DNA of 64,000 nucleotides from Eledone cirrhosa (taxonomy: Eukaryota): the NCBI GenBank assembly GCA_964016885.1, contig OZ024745.1:3162001-3226000 (forward strand), read 5' to 3'. A model generated the notes under the pieces. It was not told the DNA's origin, made no database searches, and was given only the letters and a program-made list of their open reading frames with translations. A program made the translations under genes and the position numbers. Position 1 is the first letter of the stretch, and the number at the start of each line of letters is the position of its first letter. This document shows positions 1 to 13,660 of the stretch, piece by piece.

Positions 1-222
1 TTTTTCCATTCATTGCCAGGGAACGTCTTCACGAACCAAAGTATTGTCTTCTTGTGTTCCTTCGATTGTAATGTTTTTTTCAAATATTTACTTCTGCGTC
101 CACAGATTGATTTTTTTTTAGTTTCAGAAGATCTCGTTAAGGGTGAAAGCAGCGATTCTTTGATTAAATTTTAACTTGTTATTTCATAAATATTTGCTCT
201 ACGGGTTTTATATATATTTATT

Positions 223-405
223 TCATTTCATTCATTTCACGTCCGCTTTTTCCCTGCTTGCAAGGGTGGCACGGGAACTAATTCTGGCTTGATTTCTACA
301 GCTGGATGCCCTTCCTAACACCAACCTCATTTACAGTGAGTGCTGGGTGCTTTTTTGCCATGGCACCTACACAACCACTTTGCAGTGGAATGATTTGGAC
401 CCCAG
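223..405 (-). mobile_element. 5'-truncated copy of the same SINE tail, inverted
   Basis: Near-exact reverse complement of 554-735. Confidence 0.8.
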
Positions 406-743
406 CACATGGCTTAGTGGTTAGAGCATTGGGCTTGCAATCGAAAGGTTGTGAGTTCAATTCTCAGACTGGGTGATGTGTTGTTTCCTTGAGCAAGACA
501 CTTTATTTCACATTGCTCCAGTTTACTCAGCTGTAGAAATGAGATGATAGGGACTGGGGTCCATATCATCCCACTGCAAAGTGGTCGTGGAGGTGCCACG
601 GCAAAAAAAGCACCCACCACTCACTGTAAATGAGGTTGGTGTTAGGAAGGGCATCCAGCTGTAGAAATCAAGCCAGAATCAGTTCCCGTCCCACCCTTGC
701 AAGCAAGGAAAAAGCGGGCGTAAAATGAAATGATGATGATGAT
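406..743 (+). mobile_element. Full-length tRNA-derived CORE-like SINE with RTE-type tail ending in (GAT)n
   Basis: A-box TGGCTTAGTGG, B-box GTTCAATTC, CORE-like ccttgagcaagacactt...ctcagctgtagaaatg; tail ggtgttaggaagggcatccagctgtagaaa shared with the RTE 3' UTR at 28000-28250. Confidence 0.75.
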
Positions 744-825
744 TTCTTATTATTACTATATATATATGTATAAAGCTTTGAATGTTCAAAGTACTGAGAA
801 GTTGTGAAGTTCATAGAAAATATAA

Positions 826-1103
826 GAACTCAGATGCAGAAGAAATAACTGTAAATACAGTCGTTTGCTATAAATAATAGCTAAAAAAAAATTGGGTAAA
901 ATATCCCTGTGGACAGAAAAAAGTGGCTTAGTGTCTGCTACGAAGAATCAAAGTTTGTATTTTTCAGATACCAGCTGACTGCTCTAACCATTGAGCAGCT
1001 GAAGCACACAGTTTAATTCTATATTGTGACCGGTGGCCACTTTTTTCCATCCAGAAGCTATTTTTTATAGCTACTGCCTGTATTTACAGTTATTTCTGAG
1101 TTT
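826..1103. mobile_element. Degenerate foldback/MITE-like element
   Basis: agaaataactgtaaatacag...gctata...atagct pairs with agctat...tatagc...ctgtatttacagttatttct; inner aaaaaagtggc/gccactttttt. Confidence 0.55.
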
Positions 1104-1894
1104 TTTTAATTATAGAAAACCAGCCAGAAACAGTCCTATACGAGCAAGACACAGTCACCCGACCCACCCTGTATCAAATGGGACAAACCTGTCTAATCCA
1201 TGCTAGCGTGGAAGATAGACATTAAATGATGATGATGATATATATATAACTTTGGTAGGTTTCAGCCAGTGTTGGTTAAGACCATGCCATGTCTAACTTA
1301 ATAGCACCACCTGATATATAAATATAAGACAGAATATTTCCTAAAACTTAGTTTCCATATAGTTTACTTTGGTAGTACTCATCAGTAAATAATATATTTA
1401 TTTTTTGTTGACATTTGCCCAAAATGTCCCCAATGGGGAGATTGAACCCAAACCCACTAATTGTGAAACAATACTTTAATTACTACCCAAATTTTAATGT
1501 TTCTACTCTTATATGTATGGTTGATTTATTTAAATCCCAGCTTTGTGTCAGTTTGAAGTAAAGAATAAGTAACTTGTTTTTAGGGTGATGGGGTAGTTTT
1601 ATTTATTTATATATTTTTTGCACAGTAGTGGGGAGGGCACTTTAGAATAATAAAACTGCCTGTCCCCCAAGGCTTCTGAACAACTTGTATTCATTCTATT
1701 TGTTCTATTCTGGTCAATGTAAAGTGATATGGCAAATGTACTTTAGATTTTTTTCCCTTTAGTAGACATTGCAATGAGATTTAAAGACATTTTCTGTAAC
1801 ATTCTTGTAAAAGTTGATTGCTGTTGTCCAAGTTCATGTATTCCAGTTAACAGATCTTTACTGTCAGAAATAAGAGTTTGACAACAGAAAATAA

Positions 1895-2071
1895 AATAAT
1901 AATTGTTTCTACGTTAGGCACAAGGCCAGCAAATACTCAGTGCATTACTGGTACTTTATTTTATCAACCCCGTAATGATGAAAGGCAAAGTCAACCTCGG
2001 CGGGATTTGAACTCAGATCGTAAAGGGACGTAACTGTGCTGGAAAGCATGGCGTCCGACCCTCTACACCAC
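1895..2071 (-). mobile_element. tRNA-derived SINE, family A (Meta/MESC-like central domain)
   Basis: Reverse complement of the consensus gttcaaatcccgccgaggtt.actttgcctttcat...gataaaataaagtaccagtaatgcactg...gctggccttgtgcc seen in many copies. Confidence 0.8.
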
Positions 2072-2475
2072 TATAGTTAGATCTCTGTTTTCTTTGATAT
2101 AATTATAAAAAATGTTTATATGTAGAGGTTTGAATTTAAATTACAATTGTTTATTAGGTTAAATTATTTTTATACAAATTATTGGAACATTTTTTAATGA
2201 TTAACGCACTTTATTAACCAGTAATTTGGCTCTCATTTTTTTTTAAACCTGATATTTGTTAGAGATTTTATGGTAGATAATTTCTAATTTAGTAAGCTAT
2301 AATTCTAAAATATAAATATAGGCTATGTTGCAGTCTTTATTTTTTTGATAGTTTGGCTTCTTTTCCAGCTTAAGTTTTCTTAAAAATTAAACTATTTTGT
2401 TTAATGAGTTAGATAAGCTAAGATTGCTAATATTTTCATTTGTATATAGCTTGTCTTCCATTCTCTTTATTTCAA

Positions 2476-2678
2476 GGTTAGCTTTGCCTTTCATTCTTAT
2501 GGGGGTCGATAAAATAAAGTACCAGTAATGCACTGGAGGTCGATTTAATCGACTTTCCCCTCCCCCCAAAATGGCTGAGGTTAACTTTGCCTTTCATCCT
2601 TACTGGGTCGATAAAATAAAGTACCAGTAATACACTGGGTAATTGCTGGCCTTGTGCCAAAAGTAGAAACAATTATTT
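2476..2678 (+). mobile_element. Two tandem 5'-truncated family A SINE fragments
   Basis: ctttgcctttcat...gtcgataaaataaagtaccagtaat occurs twice (~2481 and ~2585). Confidence 0.8.
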
Positions 2679-3239
2679 GACTAAACACTTGATATATTTT
2701 GTAAAATATTGTGTATTTTGTTCATATTTAGATGTTTCAAATAATTTCTGTTACGTAGAGACAACTATTTATGTGAAAATGATTCAACTGTGATTGTCAG
2801 CCCATAATTATCTGATCTGATCAATTATTTTGTGCTTTTATTGTTATACTTTGAGATAGTCATGGCTCTCCCAAAATATAAATATCTCTTTCAACAAATA
2901 TTTGTATTTTCAAGAATCTTGCAAAACAAATAAAAAACATGAAATAAACTTTGGTCTCCAATAGTCATGCAGCTTTGAACTAATATATTATATTTAAAAA
3001 ACTGAAATATAGCTGTGGGTTGTAATATCAAAAGTGATTTGGATACAAATCTTATCTCAACAGCAGCTAACAAGTATCTTGAATGGTACCTATAGCTTGA
3101 TGTTTTAGTAAAACTTAAAGAATTTGTTTACAGAATCATTTCTCTTTATAGCATCTGTTACTACATATATAACTAATGGATGATGTAATATATTCCTTCA
3201 ATCCATATTTACTCTTTACACCTTTGGCTATATGAAAAT

Positions 3240-3620
3240 CATCATTGTTTTATGTCCAATTCTCCACGTTAGACGAGTTGTCCTGTTGTGGGCAATGTTA
3301 GGTGAGGTGACCATGTTTTGCTTATGCAGAACTGATTTTGTGGCTTAGTTTCTACAGCTGGATGCCCTTCCTAATGCCAACTTCATTTACAGTGAGCACT
3401 GGATGCTTTTTGTCGTGACACCTATACAACCACTTTACAGTCCTCATGAGAGATGTGTGGAGGGTGGGATAGGGTGCTGCATACTGTATATATACCTCAG
3501 CTTCAGCCCGTGGGAAGTTAGGTTTCTGTACTACCTCATAACACCAGAGATCTCTGTCCTGTGTCATCACCTCTGAGAGGTGCAATTGGGCAAGGTCGGC
3601 TTTTATCACTTCATCCCAAG
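3240..3620 (-). mobile_element. RTE-clade LINE 3' fragment
   Basis: Minus strand encodes WDEVIKADLAQLHLSEVMTQDRDLW, homologous to the 27701 ORF, followed by the same 3' UTR. Confidence 0.8.
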
Positions 3621-3977
3621 GCTTTCATCGACTTTAAATTGTTTATCCACTAAAATATTTTAGAAAGCAAATCTAAGTTTATTTTAATTCAACAACTGGA
3701 ATTTGAAAGCAGATTCGATTGGAATTTCAACAGTTCAAGATAGTGACGCCATCTCTGTTCCAATGTATTTAGATTTACTAATCCTAGCCTCGAGGATATA
3801 ATAGTACATTATCATGTAGTAGTTTCAAAACTGTTTTCATAAAAGTTGGTAAATATATATTCTAATCTATTACATGTTCCAGCAGACTGAGGCCATGCTG
3901 GGGCTCTGCCATTGACGCTACACTTTCTACAGCCAGCCTACTACCCTGGTGGGCTATTGATGCAAAAGGGTTTTTTA

Positions 3978-4173
3978 AATTTCATACATTTACCATGTAT
4001 ACACGACCATAGGTTTTGGTTCCAGTTATGGCCACCATTGTAGAGGAGCTGTTTCAACATTGGACGTCAGGACAAATTACAAACATTTTTTTTCATAATA
4101 CAGTGGTGGCCATAACTGGACCCTGAAACCTAAGATCGCGCATACATGTTAAGATATTAAGTGTATGAAATTT
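3978..4173. mobile_element. MITE-like inverted repeat
   Basis: Arms of ~65-75 bp (aaatttcatac...tccagttatggccacca.tgta and its reverse complement) around a ~55-nt spacer. Confidence 0.65.
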
Positions 4174-5182
4174 TATATATACTAAATAAGCTCTCTTTCA
4201 ATAGATTTGGTGGCATTGTTTTCCTTGGCCTTTTATCTATGGATATCCTGCATATATATATATATTATATGTACTTGACTTATGACTTTCCTTTTTATCT
4301 ATGGAGCTACTAATATAGGGGAGAATGATGATTTGTTGCTTTTTATTTTATGCAGCTGCAATATTATTTTGCACAACAAAAGAAATAATTTTAGAAAATT
4401 CCTGATAATATAATTGAGATAGATTTCACAGGAAGTCAATTTTATATATCAAATAGTTTTTCAATTTTTTATTTATAGTTTTTTTACTCCTTTTTCTCTC
4501 TCCTTTCGTTTTCCTCTCATCCTCCTCTTCTCTCATCAATGTTAAAAATCATAAGAGATTACAAAAACTTTAAAATTCTTTTATCTTGATTTCATTTTAC
4601 TTCCTCTTTAGTTACTCCTCTCTTAAGTTTCATTCTACAGAACTATGGTCAGGCTTTCTTATGTATTCATTCCATTTTCCTAACAAAGGCGTCTTTTTCT
4701 AAATGTAAGTCAATGAACCCTTATCTGTTAACTGGGGCAGACACACTATCATAGAAGTTAGGAATACCATTTTCTACTACATCTATATTTCCAAACTCTG
4801 TATCCTTGACATTTGATTACCTCTTAATTTCCAATTTCTGTGAATCTTCAGTATTTTGGCAGAACAATGTCCTTTACAATGTTTCCCAATTTGTGTCTAA
4901 TATCACACCTATTCTTAACTAAACACTTTCCATTCTATCTTCTCACCAGGATCAATATCTAATGAACTAGTTGGCAATCACACCTTTTCACATGGTAGGG
5001 TTTTGAAATTATAGCCAAACATATTTAGATGTTTATTTCCTTGATGTAGCCTGCATTTTTCCTATAGAAAAATTAATTCTAGTCCATAAATTAACGTTTT
5101 CTTTGTCTCTGAAAGGAACTGAAAACAAAAGACAGACCTTTTAAATCATTCAAAAAGTAAATGGATAATTTTTGTGTTTCAT

Positions 5183-5294
<112 letters not shown>

Positions 5295-5295
5295 A

Positions 5296-5405
5296 AGGTG
5301 TGTGGCTTACTGCTTAGAGAATTCGATTTGTGAGGTTGCAAGTTCAATTCCCAGACCGGGTGATGTATTATGACTTGAGCAAGACATTTTATTTCATGTT
5401 GCTCT
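5296..5405 (+). mobile_element. Degenerate CORE-like SINE head
   Basis: tggcttactgcttagag...gttcaattcccagacc...ttgagcaagacattttatttca, similar to 406-520. Confidence 0.6.
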
Positions 5406-8010
5406 TTCTGCCCAGAGTTGTGACTAGAAGATAGTATCACCAATGGAAACACTGTTTCCTTGGTTCGATTTGACAAGTTCCACTCCACTCAGTAAGTGAA
5501 TGAGATCAGATCTTATCAGTCAATTGTATTGCATGTATATTTATATATAGCTTATATGACGGAGTGTATAATTTCTTGAAGCATTTTATGATTACAACTT
5601 AAAATCTGCAAGTATTCCTCGAGCTTCGTAAACTTTAATCTGCCTTTGTAGCAACAGTAGTCAGAATAATTATATTCTGCTAGACTGCAGAATATAATTG
5701 TCTCCACTTTAAATGTTAACAGTATCTGTGTGTGTGTGTCTGTAGTATCATCATCATCATCATTTAACATCTATTCTCCACGCTAGCATAGGTTAGACAT
5801 ATATGATCATCATTTAAAGTTGTTGGTTTCATGGGTTGGACTATATATGTGTGTGTGTGTATCAAGAAGGACATCTGGCTATAGAAAGATTGCTTTGAAA
5901 AATATTGTCACGCCCATTCTTGCATGGAAAAACTTGTAAATGTAATGAAGTTGTTAAATATATATCCAGACTGATGCAAGCACAGCCAAGTGGTTAGGAA
6001 GACCCAGATTCAATGTTATTACAAGGTATATTGGGCAAATGTCATTTTGTGAGATAAGTATGGCAGCTTGTTGAATTGACTGTACCTGTAATACACTTTG
6101 TAATATTTATTCCACTTGAGGTTACAAGTGTCTAAAATACACTCTAATTGATTAATGATTGAACAACTGAAATATTCATCATCATCATACATCTGTTTAC
6201 CATATTGGATATATATATATATATACTTATTTTTCCTCCGCCTGTCTATTCATTGATCTTGTGACCTAATGCCATCATCTCTGTCTGGGGTACTCCTGCG
6301 TACACATACATTTCTCAACCTTATTTGTAGCTTTCAAGCATACTCCTGAAGAGGGTCCTGCCTAAACTACAAGATGTAAACCCCAACAAATTTCCTCAGT
6401 TTGACCATTAACTGGTAATCTATGTGGTGTTACTACTGTTCTTCACAGTAACAGTTTCTTACCTTCGTATATAAACTCTTGAAAACTGTTGGAAGAAAGG
6501 AAGTTATCTGACCTTAGTGTTTGAAGAAGCTACACATTATTAGGTCATAAAGTGGATGAGTAGTCATGATAAATTTCTCTGGTTTTGTTGATGATTCCTT
6601 CTGAAATATATATCTATATATAATATAAAAGAAAGATGTTTATTGGTTGGTTGGGTCACACGAAAACTACATACACACATATCTAAAGAGAGAGAGACAG
6701 AGACAGAGAGGGAGAGGCAGAAAGAAAGAGATAGGCTGTTATAGAGAGAGATATAATTAAAGTGCTAGATATTCAGAGAGAGAGTGTGACGTCCCACAAT
6801 AGTATCAGTTGAAGGTTTAACAATATTGCGTAAGCTTTTATAAAGTCGTTTTACAGGCTTTGATTTTACAGAATAAAGAAAAATTGATACTATTTGAAAT
6901 TAATCTACCCTCCAGCTTTTATCCATATACTACTTACAGTCCGTACTAACGAAGTTAAACACTTCAGAAGCAATGTTATGTAGTATATTGCTTCAAATGA
7001 TGTCCTTTGGAGCTGAAACAGATCATACTGACTATGGTTATTTCACAACATTTAAAATCCAAGGCCAATGCTACCATTTAATCGGTAGTTTACTCACCCA
7101 GCCTAATAAGGAAGTTTTATGATTGTTTTTTGTTTTTTTTTATGTCTCTCTCTCATACATTATCGTCTCACCTCATACCAGACAACACGTCCAATACAGT
7201 TGTTTTTTCTTTTATCTGTCTTCTCTTAACTCTTCTCCCAGGTGAAGCTGGATATCTCAGCTAGTCATAAAGAAACCAACATAGGTGTATATCTATAGCA
7301 TTTCATTTTATCTCCATTTTTTTTTCATAGAGTCACTCAGCAAAATCTCTTTCTTTCTTCTCTGCAGATTTATTTTTATGCTGAATACAGTTACAATTTA
7401 ATGTTGTGTAAAACTAGTTGATTTATATTGAAGCTTTGTTTTATTTTAAGATTTATAACATGTAAACAGAGACCCAGGTACCACCACCTGTAATAAGGCA
7501 GAAAGTAAGATAGCTAAATACTGCTTCCTTTTTATATCAATCACCAGAGTTCTGAGGTCCTTGGTCCTCAAACTGCCACTTTCTTCTGCAAAATCAGGGT
7601 GCATACTGGCCTGATGAAGGACTCTTTCTCACAAGGTGGTTGATGCAGCAGATGACAGTAATTCTCTATTACAGTCCTTGGCCATTATGTTTATGGGGTA
7701 CAGCTGAGATATGCTACCTCAACTGGGGTGTAAAGTCTACCATTCCTTTTGCTATTTAATATTATTACCTTTTTCTCTCCCTTTATATATACATATGTGT
7801 ATATATATATATATATATACACAAATGTTGGTGAATTTCGTTGTTTTACTTTTAAATAAAGCCCCACTTGTTCAACTACTAAACCTATATATACAGAAAT
7901 AATCAGCTTTTAAAATTGTATGTTTACTTTATCTCATTACTTTAAACACTAACTTACTGACAATTTCCAGAATCCCATAAAACTGATGGTTGGTGAAACT
8001 AGTATCTATT

Positions 8011-8203
8011 TTAACCCTTTAGCATTTAAACCGGCCACAATTCTCTCACCTCTGTTTAAACAGGCCATAACTGGCTGCTTATACTTATTTTAAGGGATTC
8101 TCAAAATAAATAATATCAAAATCTCATAGATTCAATATTATGTGAGATAATTATGAGGTAAAGCCTTTACCGTGAAAATACAATAGTAAATGATAAAAGG
8201 TTA
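8011..8203. mobile_element. piggyBac-like MITE family P1
   Basis: TTAA-CCCTTTAGCATTTA left end and a degenerate right end; body homologous to 41560-41780. Confidence 0.7.
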
Positions 8204-8278
8204 TGGGGAACTCATATTAACCGCTTTTTTTCATACCAAACCACCTGAAACTGATGGTTGGTGAAACTAGTATCTATT

Positions 8279-8483
8279 TTAACCCTTTAGCATTTACATT
8301 ATATAAACTACTGTATTTTCACGGTAAACACTTTATTTCACATATCAAATCTACGAGATTTGGATATTTATTTTGAGAACAATACCTTAACATCAGTATG
8401 AATGACCAGTTACAGCCGGTTTGAACTGAAAGAGGTGAGAGAATTCTGGCCAGATATGGCTGGTTTAAATACTAAAGGGTTAA
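8279..8483. mobile_element. piggyBac-like MITE family P1, opposite orientation to the 8011 copy
   Basis: TTAA-CCCTTTAGCATTTA ... TAAATACTAAAGGG-TTAA. Confidence 0.75.
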
Positions 8484-11400
8484 ATAAAGGGATATGAGCA
8501 CATATAAATTAATTCAAAGACCCAGTCTTCAGTGATGCTTATATACATTTTACATCTAGATTTTTTGGTGAAGGTACCTTTTAGGTATTTAGATTCACAA
8601 TGTTATGCTCCGAAACTCCAACTTAATAATGAGAAAGTTAGTTATATTATTAAATTCCTTCAAATTATTCCAACTATGGAGAATTTGAATTATATTTATT
8701 TTGCATGTTTCTACTTGTAAACATTCATTTTACCAGCTTAGTTGGTTCTTGGTTCTTCTACTTCACTTTCACCCTGTCAGGTGTAATTTTCAATTAAACC
8801 ACATTCTAGAAATGTATGATCCCATAGCTTCTTATGGAGTTGTGGGGGCTCTGTTGTGACATGTCTTGGAGCCCATTCCATTTCCAGGTCTGAATCCAGA
8901 GAAAAGAAGTGAGGAAGATATATAGAGGAAGAATCGACACCTGTACTGGACTGGTATCTTTTTATCAAAATTGATGGGATGAAAGATGAAGTTGACTGTG
9001 GCAGGATTTGAACTGTGAGAGCTGGAGCAAATGTCACAAAGAATTCTATGTAAAGTTCTAATTCACTACCTATTCCAGCAATAAAACTTGGCTGAGGGAT
9101 CAGCATCACATCTGTTTCTATGATGAGTCATTAACTATGATGGTATACATTCCAAAATAGTTGGATTCATGACAGCAAGGAAGAAAACATTTTGGTGACA
9201 TCAACAAAAATATTGAATGTTGTCTACTGACATCACTGTTATATTGTATAATTCCTCTAAATCACAAATCAATACTTAATCAATGAGTTGAACACACAAA
9301 TATCTCCTGTTATACATTTATAGCCGTGAACTTTTTTTGAAAGGGTTAAAGCTAGATTGTTATTTAGCTACTCAGACTTTTGAATATATTATCATTTTAT
9401 GTCTCTTATTAGTCTTTTGTTTGTTTTTCCATGCTAGCGTGGGTTGGATCAGAATAATATTCTGATGCATATATCTATACACTCATGCATATATAATGTA
9501 TGGTTTTGTTAGTCATTGTTTATTTAAAAACTAGATGTTCTACTTACTGGGCAATAATGTCAATGGGAATGATCTTAACCTGAGAGTAAATCACCTGTTT
9601 CCTTGCAACTAAACTTGCTTTCACTCTTAACAAAAATCAATCTCTCCTGCTTCACTATTGCATTCTCTCTTTGTCTTTATATGGCATGGCTGTTTCTATA
9701 AATTTGGCCATATGCCTGAATCAATAAATGTTGTTTTTATAATTGGATGCCCTTTCTAACTGCAATCACTCGACTATAAAATTCTAAGTATGGTTTCATG
9801 GCTGTTTTCATTCAGTTGGTATTTGTACAAAATTATTGATCTGCCTTGTCTAACCATTCATAGTTTCACTTGTGTGTATTCAGTTTAGAATAGGTGTACC
9901 ATATCCCTGCATGTTGTAAGAAGCAACTGTCAGGAAGGACTTCAAAATGTCCTCCTATCCAACTCATGCCAGCATGGAAAAGTTGATGAAAAATGTTCTT
10001 TATTTAAGGGTTTACTGCAATATCAATCCTTCATTGCTTGTTCTTAATATCTACTGATACTGTCCAACCTACGCCAGCGGAAAGGCAGACGTAAAAACAA
10101 TGATGATGACTTGCTGGATCTTCTTTTCTGTACATCAGCTAAGTTGTGATCAAACTATACATAGAAATAATAAAAGTTTGTGGCTTAGTTGTTAGATAAT
10201 TATATTCAATAATTTAGGGACTTCAATCCAGCTTTCATCTCTCCTTTACATTGATGTTGTTATGTGGCTGACTGACATACTGGAAATAGTAGTCAAATCT
10301 CCCTCAAATCAAACCAAACCATCTTATGTAAGGACTGAACACATTTAATAAGGTAGTCCTACATTGTCATTTAACATCCATTTTCCCTGCTATCCTTAAA
10401 ATGATGGAATAATCATGACTGGAAAGATTTTGGTCAAAATCCTGATATATCAAAACACAGAAACCACACCTACTATTCCTCCTTATGACACAAATCTCAA
10501 ACTTACCTTTGTTGTCCTGGCTATACTATACTTTAATTTCTTTATATATATATATACACACCTCTGTTTCTACTACTTGTCTGACACCCAATAGAAACTT
10601 CAGTAACAAATGACTTCCTCACATTTTATGTTTCAAAAACTATTCTGCATCATGTCTTGTCTATCTCAACTTTTAACTCATTCTCTGTAATTTCTTGTTT
10701 TGAAATTCTTTACCAATGTTGTTTGGTACCATAGAGGCTAGACTGCCTTTGCCAGTTGGTCTCTTCACCTACAGACATACTAACACCATAACACAACACC
10801 ATTCTCATTTCTAAACTGAGTTGCTATCAGTCAGATTAGGGAGACAGAAACTGTTGATTCTAATATAACTTGCAATCTCAGTTTCTTTTTCCCATCATTG
10901 AATCACAGGCTACATACTTAAGGCAATCCTCACTGGCTTCAGGTACTAATTGTTTTTATGTCTGCACTTGGTATCAATTGAATGACCTATGAGGTATCTA
11001 CCTAAGTGAATGAGCAAGTATGTACCTCAACATCCCTCACACAACTCCAAAACTCCCCAAGTTGTTCACTTGCAGCTGCACATAATGTAAAAAAAAGGCA
11101 GATTATAACATAACACCTGGAAAATGCCACTGTCCTGTAAGTTGACCACTAAGAAATAAAAGTATATCTTCATACATCAGATGGTTTGTAAACTCTATTG
11201 TGTCTCAAACCACAGATAAACTTGCATTTATTTTATCATTACCTGCACACAGCTGCCAAGTACAGAAATTTATCTAGTCATATGTTGACTTGATAAAAAT
11301 AGAGGCAAAAATCACACTATCATTTTAAATGGACATTTTAGACAATTCTAGATATATACCAAAATGGATTGGTCATGACTGAAATGTTTCTGTACATAGT

Positions 11401-11754
11401 TCTCCTGAATCACTGCTATGGACTAAATAACTGACAGTGTTCCTCCGTTATCATGACATGCTAGAGATAATACTGATCTCCACCAAACTCTTTAATCTTA
11501 CTATCCTTTCAGACCTTTGAAAATGTTCCATTCCAAAACAGAGCAACTTCAATGATTATGAAAATAGTCATAAGTAACCAACCACCTCCTTTATCACTTT
11601 CATTCTCTTTGTCTTCTTAGCAACCACTATTACATCATCAAAGTTTTAATGTCTGCTTTCCCTGCTAGTTTTGAAATAACAATCTACCACACAACATACC
11701 TCACTGTCTCATCCTTGAGACTTTCATAAAAACATTATTCCTGCTTTTGACTTC

Positions 11755-12066
11755 AGATATGTCTGGCATAAGAGTTACCTAGCAGAACAAGCGAAATATT
11801 GAATTTTATCTGACACAAGAACTGCCTAGCAGGGTCCAGCAAAGTTTTCAGTTATGTCTGACACAAAAGCCACTTATCAGGACCCAGCCTTCAGTTAAGT
11901 CTGTCACAAAGCCACTTATCAGCGCCCAGCAAAGTTTTCAGTTATGTCTGACACAAAAACCACTTATCAGGGCCCAGCCTTCAGTTATGTCTGTCACAAA
12001 GCCACTTATCAGGGCCCAGCAAAGTTTTCAATTATGTCTGACACAAGAGCCATCAAGCAGAGCCCA
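11755..12066. repeat. Minisatellite with a 48+42 = 90-bp dimeric period
   Basis: aaagttttca recurs at 11841, 11931 and 12021; alternating subunits share ttcagttatgtctg.caca..gccacttatcag. Confidence 0.85.
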
Positions 12067-12235
12067 TTATGAGTTCCATGTGTCTCTTATAACTTAGATC
12101 CAAAGTTTCCTATTAAATCATTCCATTGTAAAATGTGCCAGTTATACATTAACCATCATACTCATTACAAATGTTAGACAAAGCAGTGTGTGAACTTGTA
12201 ACTGTTGGTGGAGTCCTAGGGATGCTGTATTGAGA

Positions 12236-12500
12236 CAGGCTGTTTCTTGGGTATTTTAAACCTGGCAGAGTCCATCCCTGTCCAGGTTTCAACAGTCTAT
12301 TTCTTCCAGAGAAGTTGAAAGAGAGGGGAAGTGGGAAAGAGATGTAGAGGAAGAATTGACCCCAGAACTGAACTGGGACTTTTTTTTATTGACCTTAAAA
12401 AGATGAAAGGCAAAGCTAACCTCAGCTGTATTTGAACTAAGAGAGCTAAAATTAATAGTGCAAAGTATTCTAACCAACATACTAACAATTCTACCAATTT
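12236..12500 (-). mobile_element. Family A-related SINE with an alternative 3' tail (other copies ~8870-9080 and 46275-46440)
   Basis: aggctgtttctt.gg...tccaggt...ttcttccagagaa...agaggaagaattgacccca recurs at 46275; inverted central domain gatgaaaggcaaag. Confidence 0.6.
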
Positions 12501-12828
12501 GTTGCTTTTTTTACTTGATAACAGTATAGAATGATCCTGTATGACTAACATCCTAAATATTTGACTGTTCCTTTAACTCTGATAGTCCTCTCTGTTAACA
12601 TCCTGTTTGATTTAGCAGAAAATATCTAAAACAGGATTCTGAATTGAAATGTTTATTGAATAAATAGTAGACACATCATTGTAAAACTTTACAGTATTAG
12701 ACTAAAGACTTTTTTTAATGAACTGTTTTGTATTTTTCAAGAATGTCTTGCTAATGTGTTTTCATGCAGCACAGGATTTTAAGAGTTAAAACATGTACAA
12801 ATTACATCAAGTATTATTCACATATTTG

Positions 12829-12907
<79 letters not shown>
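12829..12907. repeat. (CA)n(TA)n microsatellite
   Basis: Direct reading. Confidence 0.95.
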
Positions 12908-12910
<3 letters not shown>

Positions 12911-13470
12911 AGGGTGTGGTAAGATACCAGGTAGACCATAACGCACCAGAGTACTCAATACTTAGGGCAGTAGAGTGGGTAATAGGAGAAGAGTTAGGAC
13001 CCCGATGTCTGATCTTCAGCCGTTGGAGTCCTGACTATTTTCTCATATATCTAGAGAGAGAGAGAGATATATTTACTCTGTGGCCTGTGTCAGTAGCAAA
13101 TACTCTACTTACTAACAGCCCTCACTGTCTTCTGAGGTATCATTTTTTCCATTGTCTGTCGGGGGGGGGGGGGGGGGGGCTATGAGATGTGGCTGAGATT
13201 CTGTATATTAGAGAGAGTCGAGGCTTGTATCATTGTGGTAGTGATGCTATAGATTGCTGTTATCTATCATATACAAAGAAAGAATATATCTAGAGATAAT
13301 TACTTAGAAATTCCTAGTCCCCTACATAGATGCTCTTTCATCTATTCTATATTGGTTTCTATTCCTTGCAAGCTCACCTGATGTACCTGTGTCTCCAAGT
13401 GTTTAAACAGATATACCTGATATATCTCATCTGTCTTGTAGGGCCTGCAAAGGTCAATCGTCGCTAGTAA

Positions 13471-13660
13471 CCCTTTTGATACCAACACCCACCCAAAATG
13501 GAAACACCCATGTTGAAGTGCTCCTATTAAAACCTAACATAATTTGATATAAGTTTTTGTTGCGTTAGAAATACTATCTTAGTAATGAAATAATTAAAAA
13601 TGTTTGTAAATCCTTGCAAATTCTTCAAGGTATTTCATTAGAAATATGACAATGAAAGGG
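13471..13660. mobile_element. piggyBac-like MITE family P2
   Basis: (g)TAA-CCCTTTTGATACCAAC ... GAAATATGACAATGAAAGGG-TTAA; related pieces at ~14940, 15647, 29880-30035 and 43820-44000. Confidence 0.6.

Noticed and set aside
6340-6375. Hammerhead ribozyme core (ctgaagag...aaac)
   Set aside because: The GAAA core is not intact and flanking stems are not evident.
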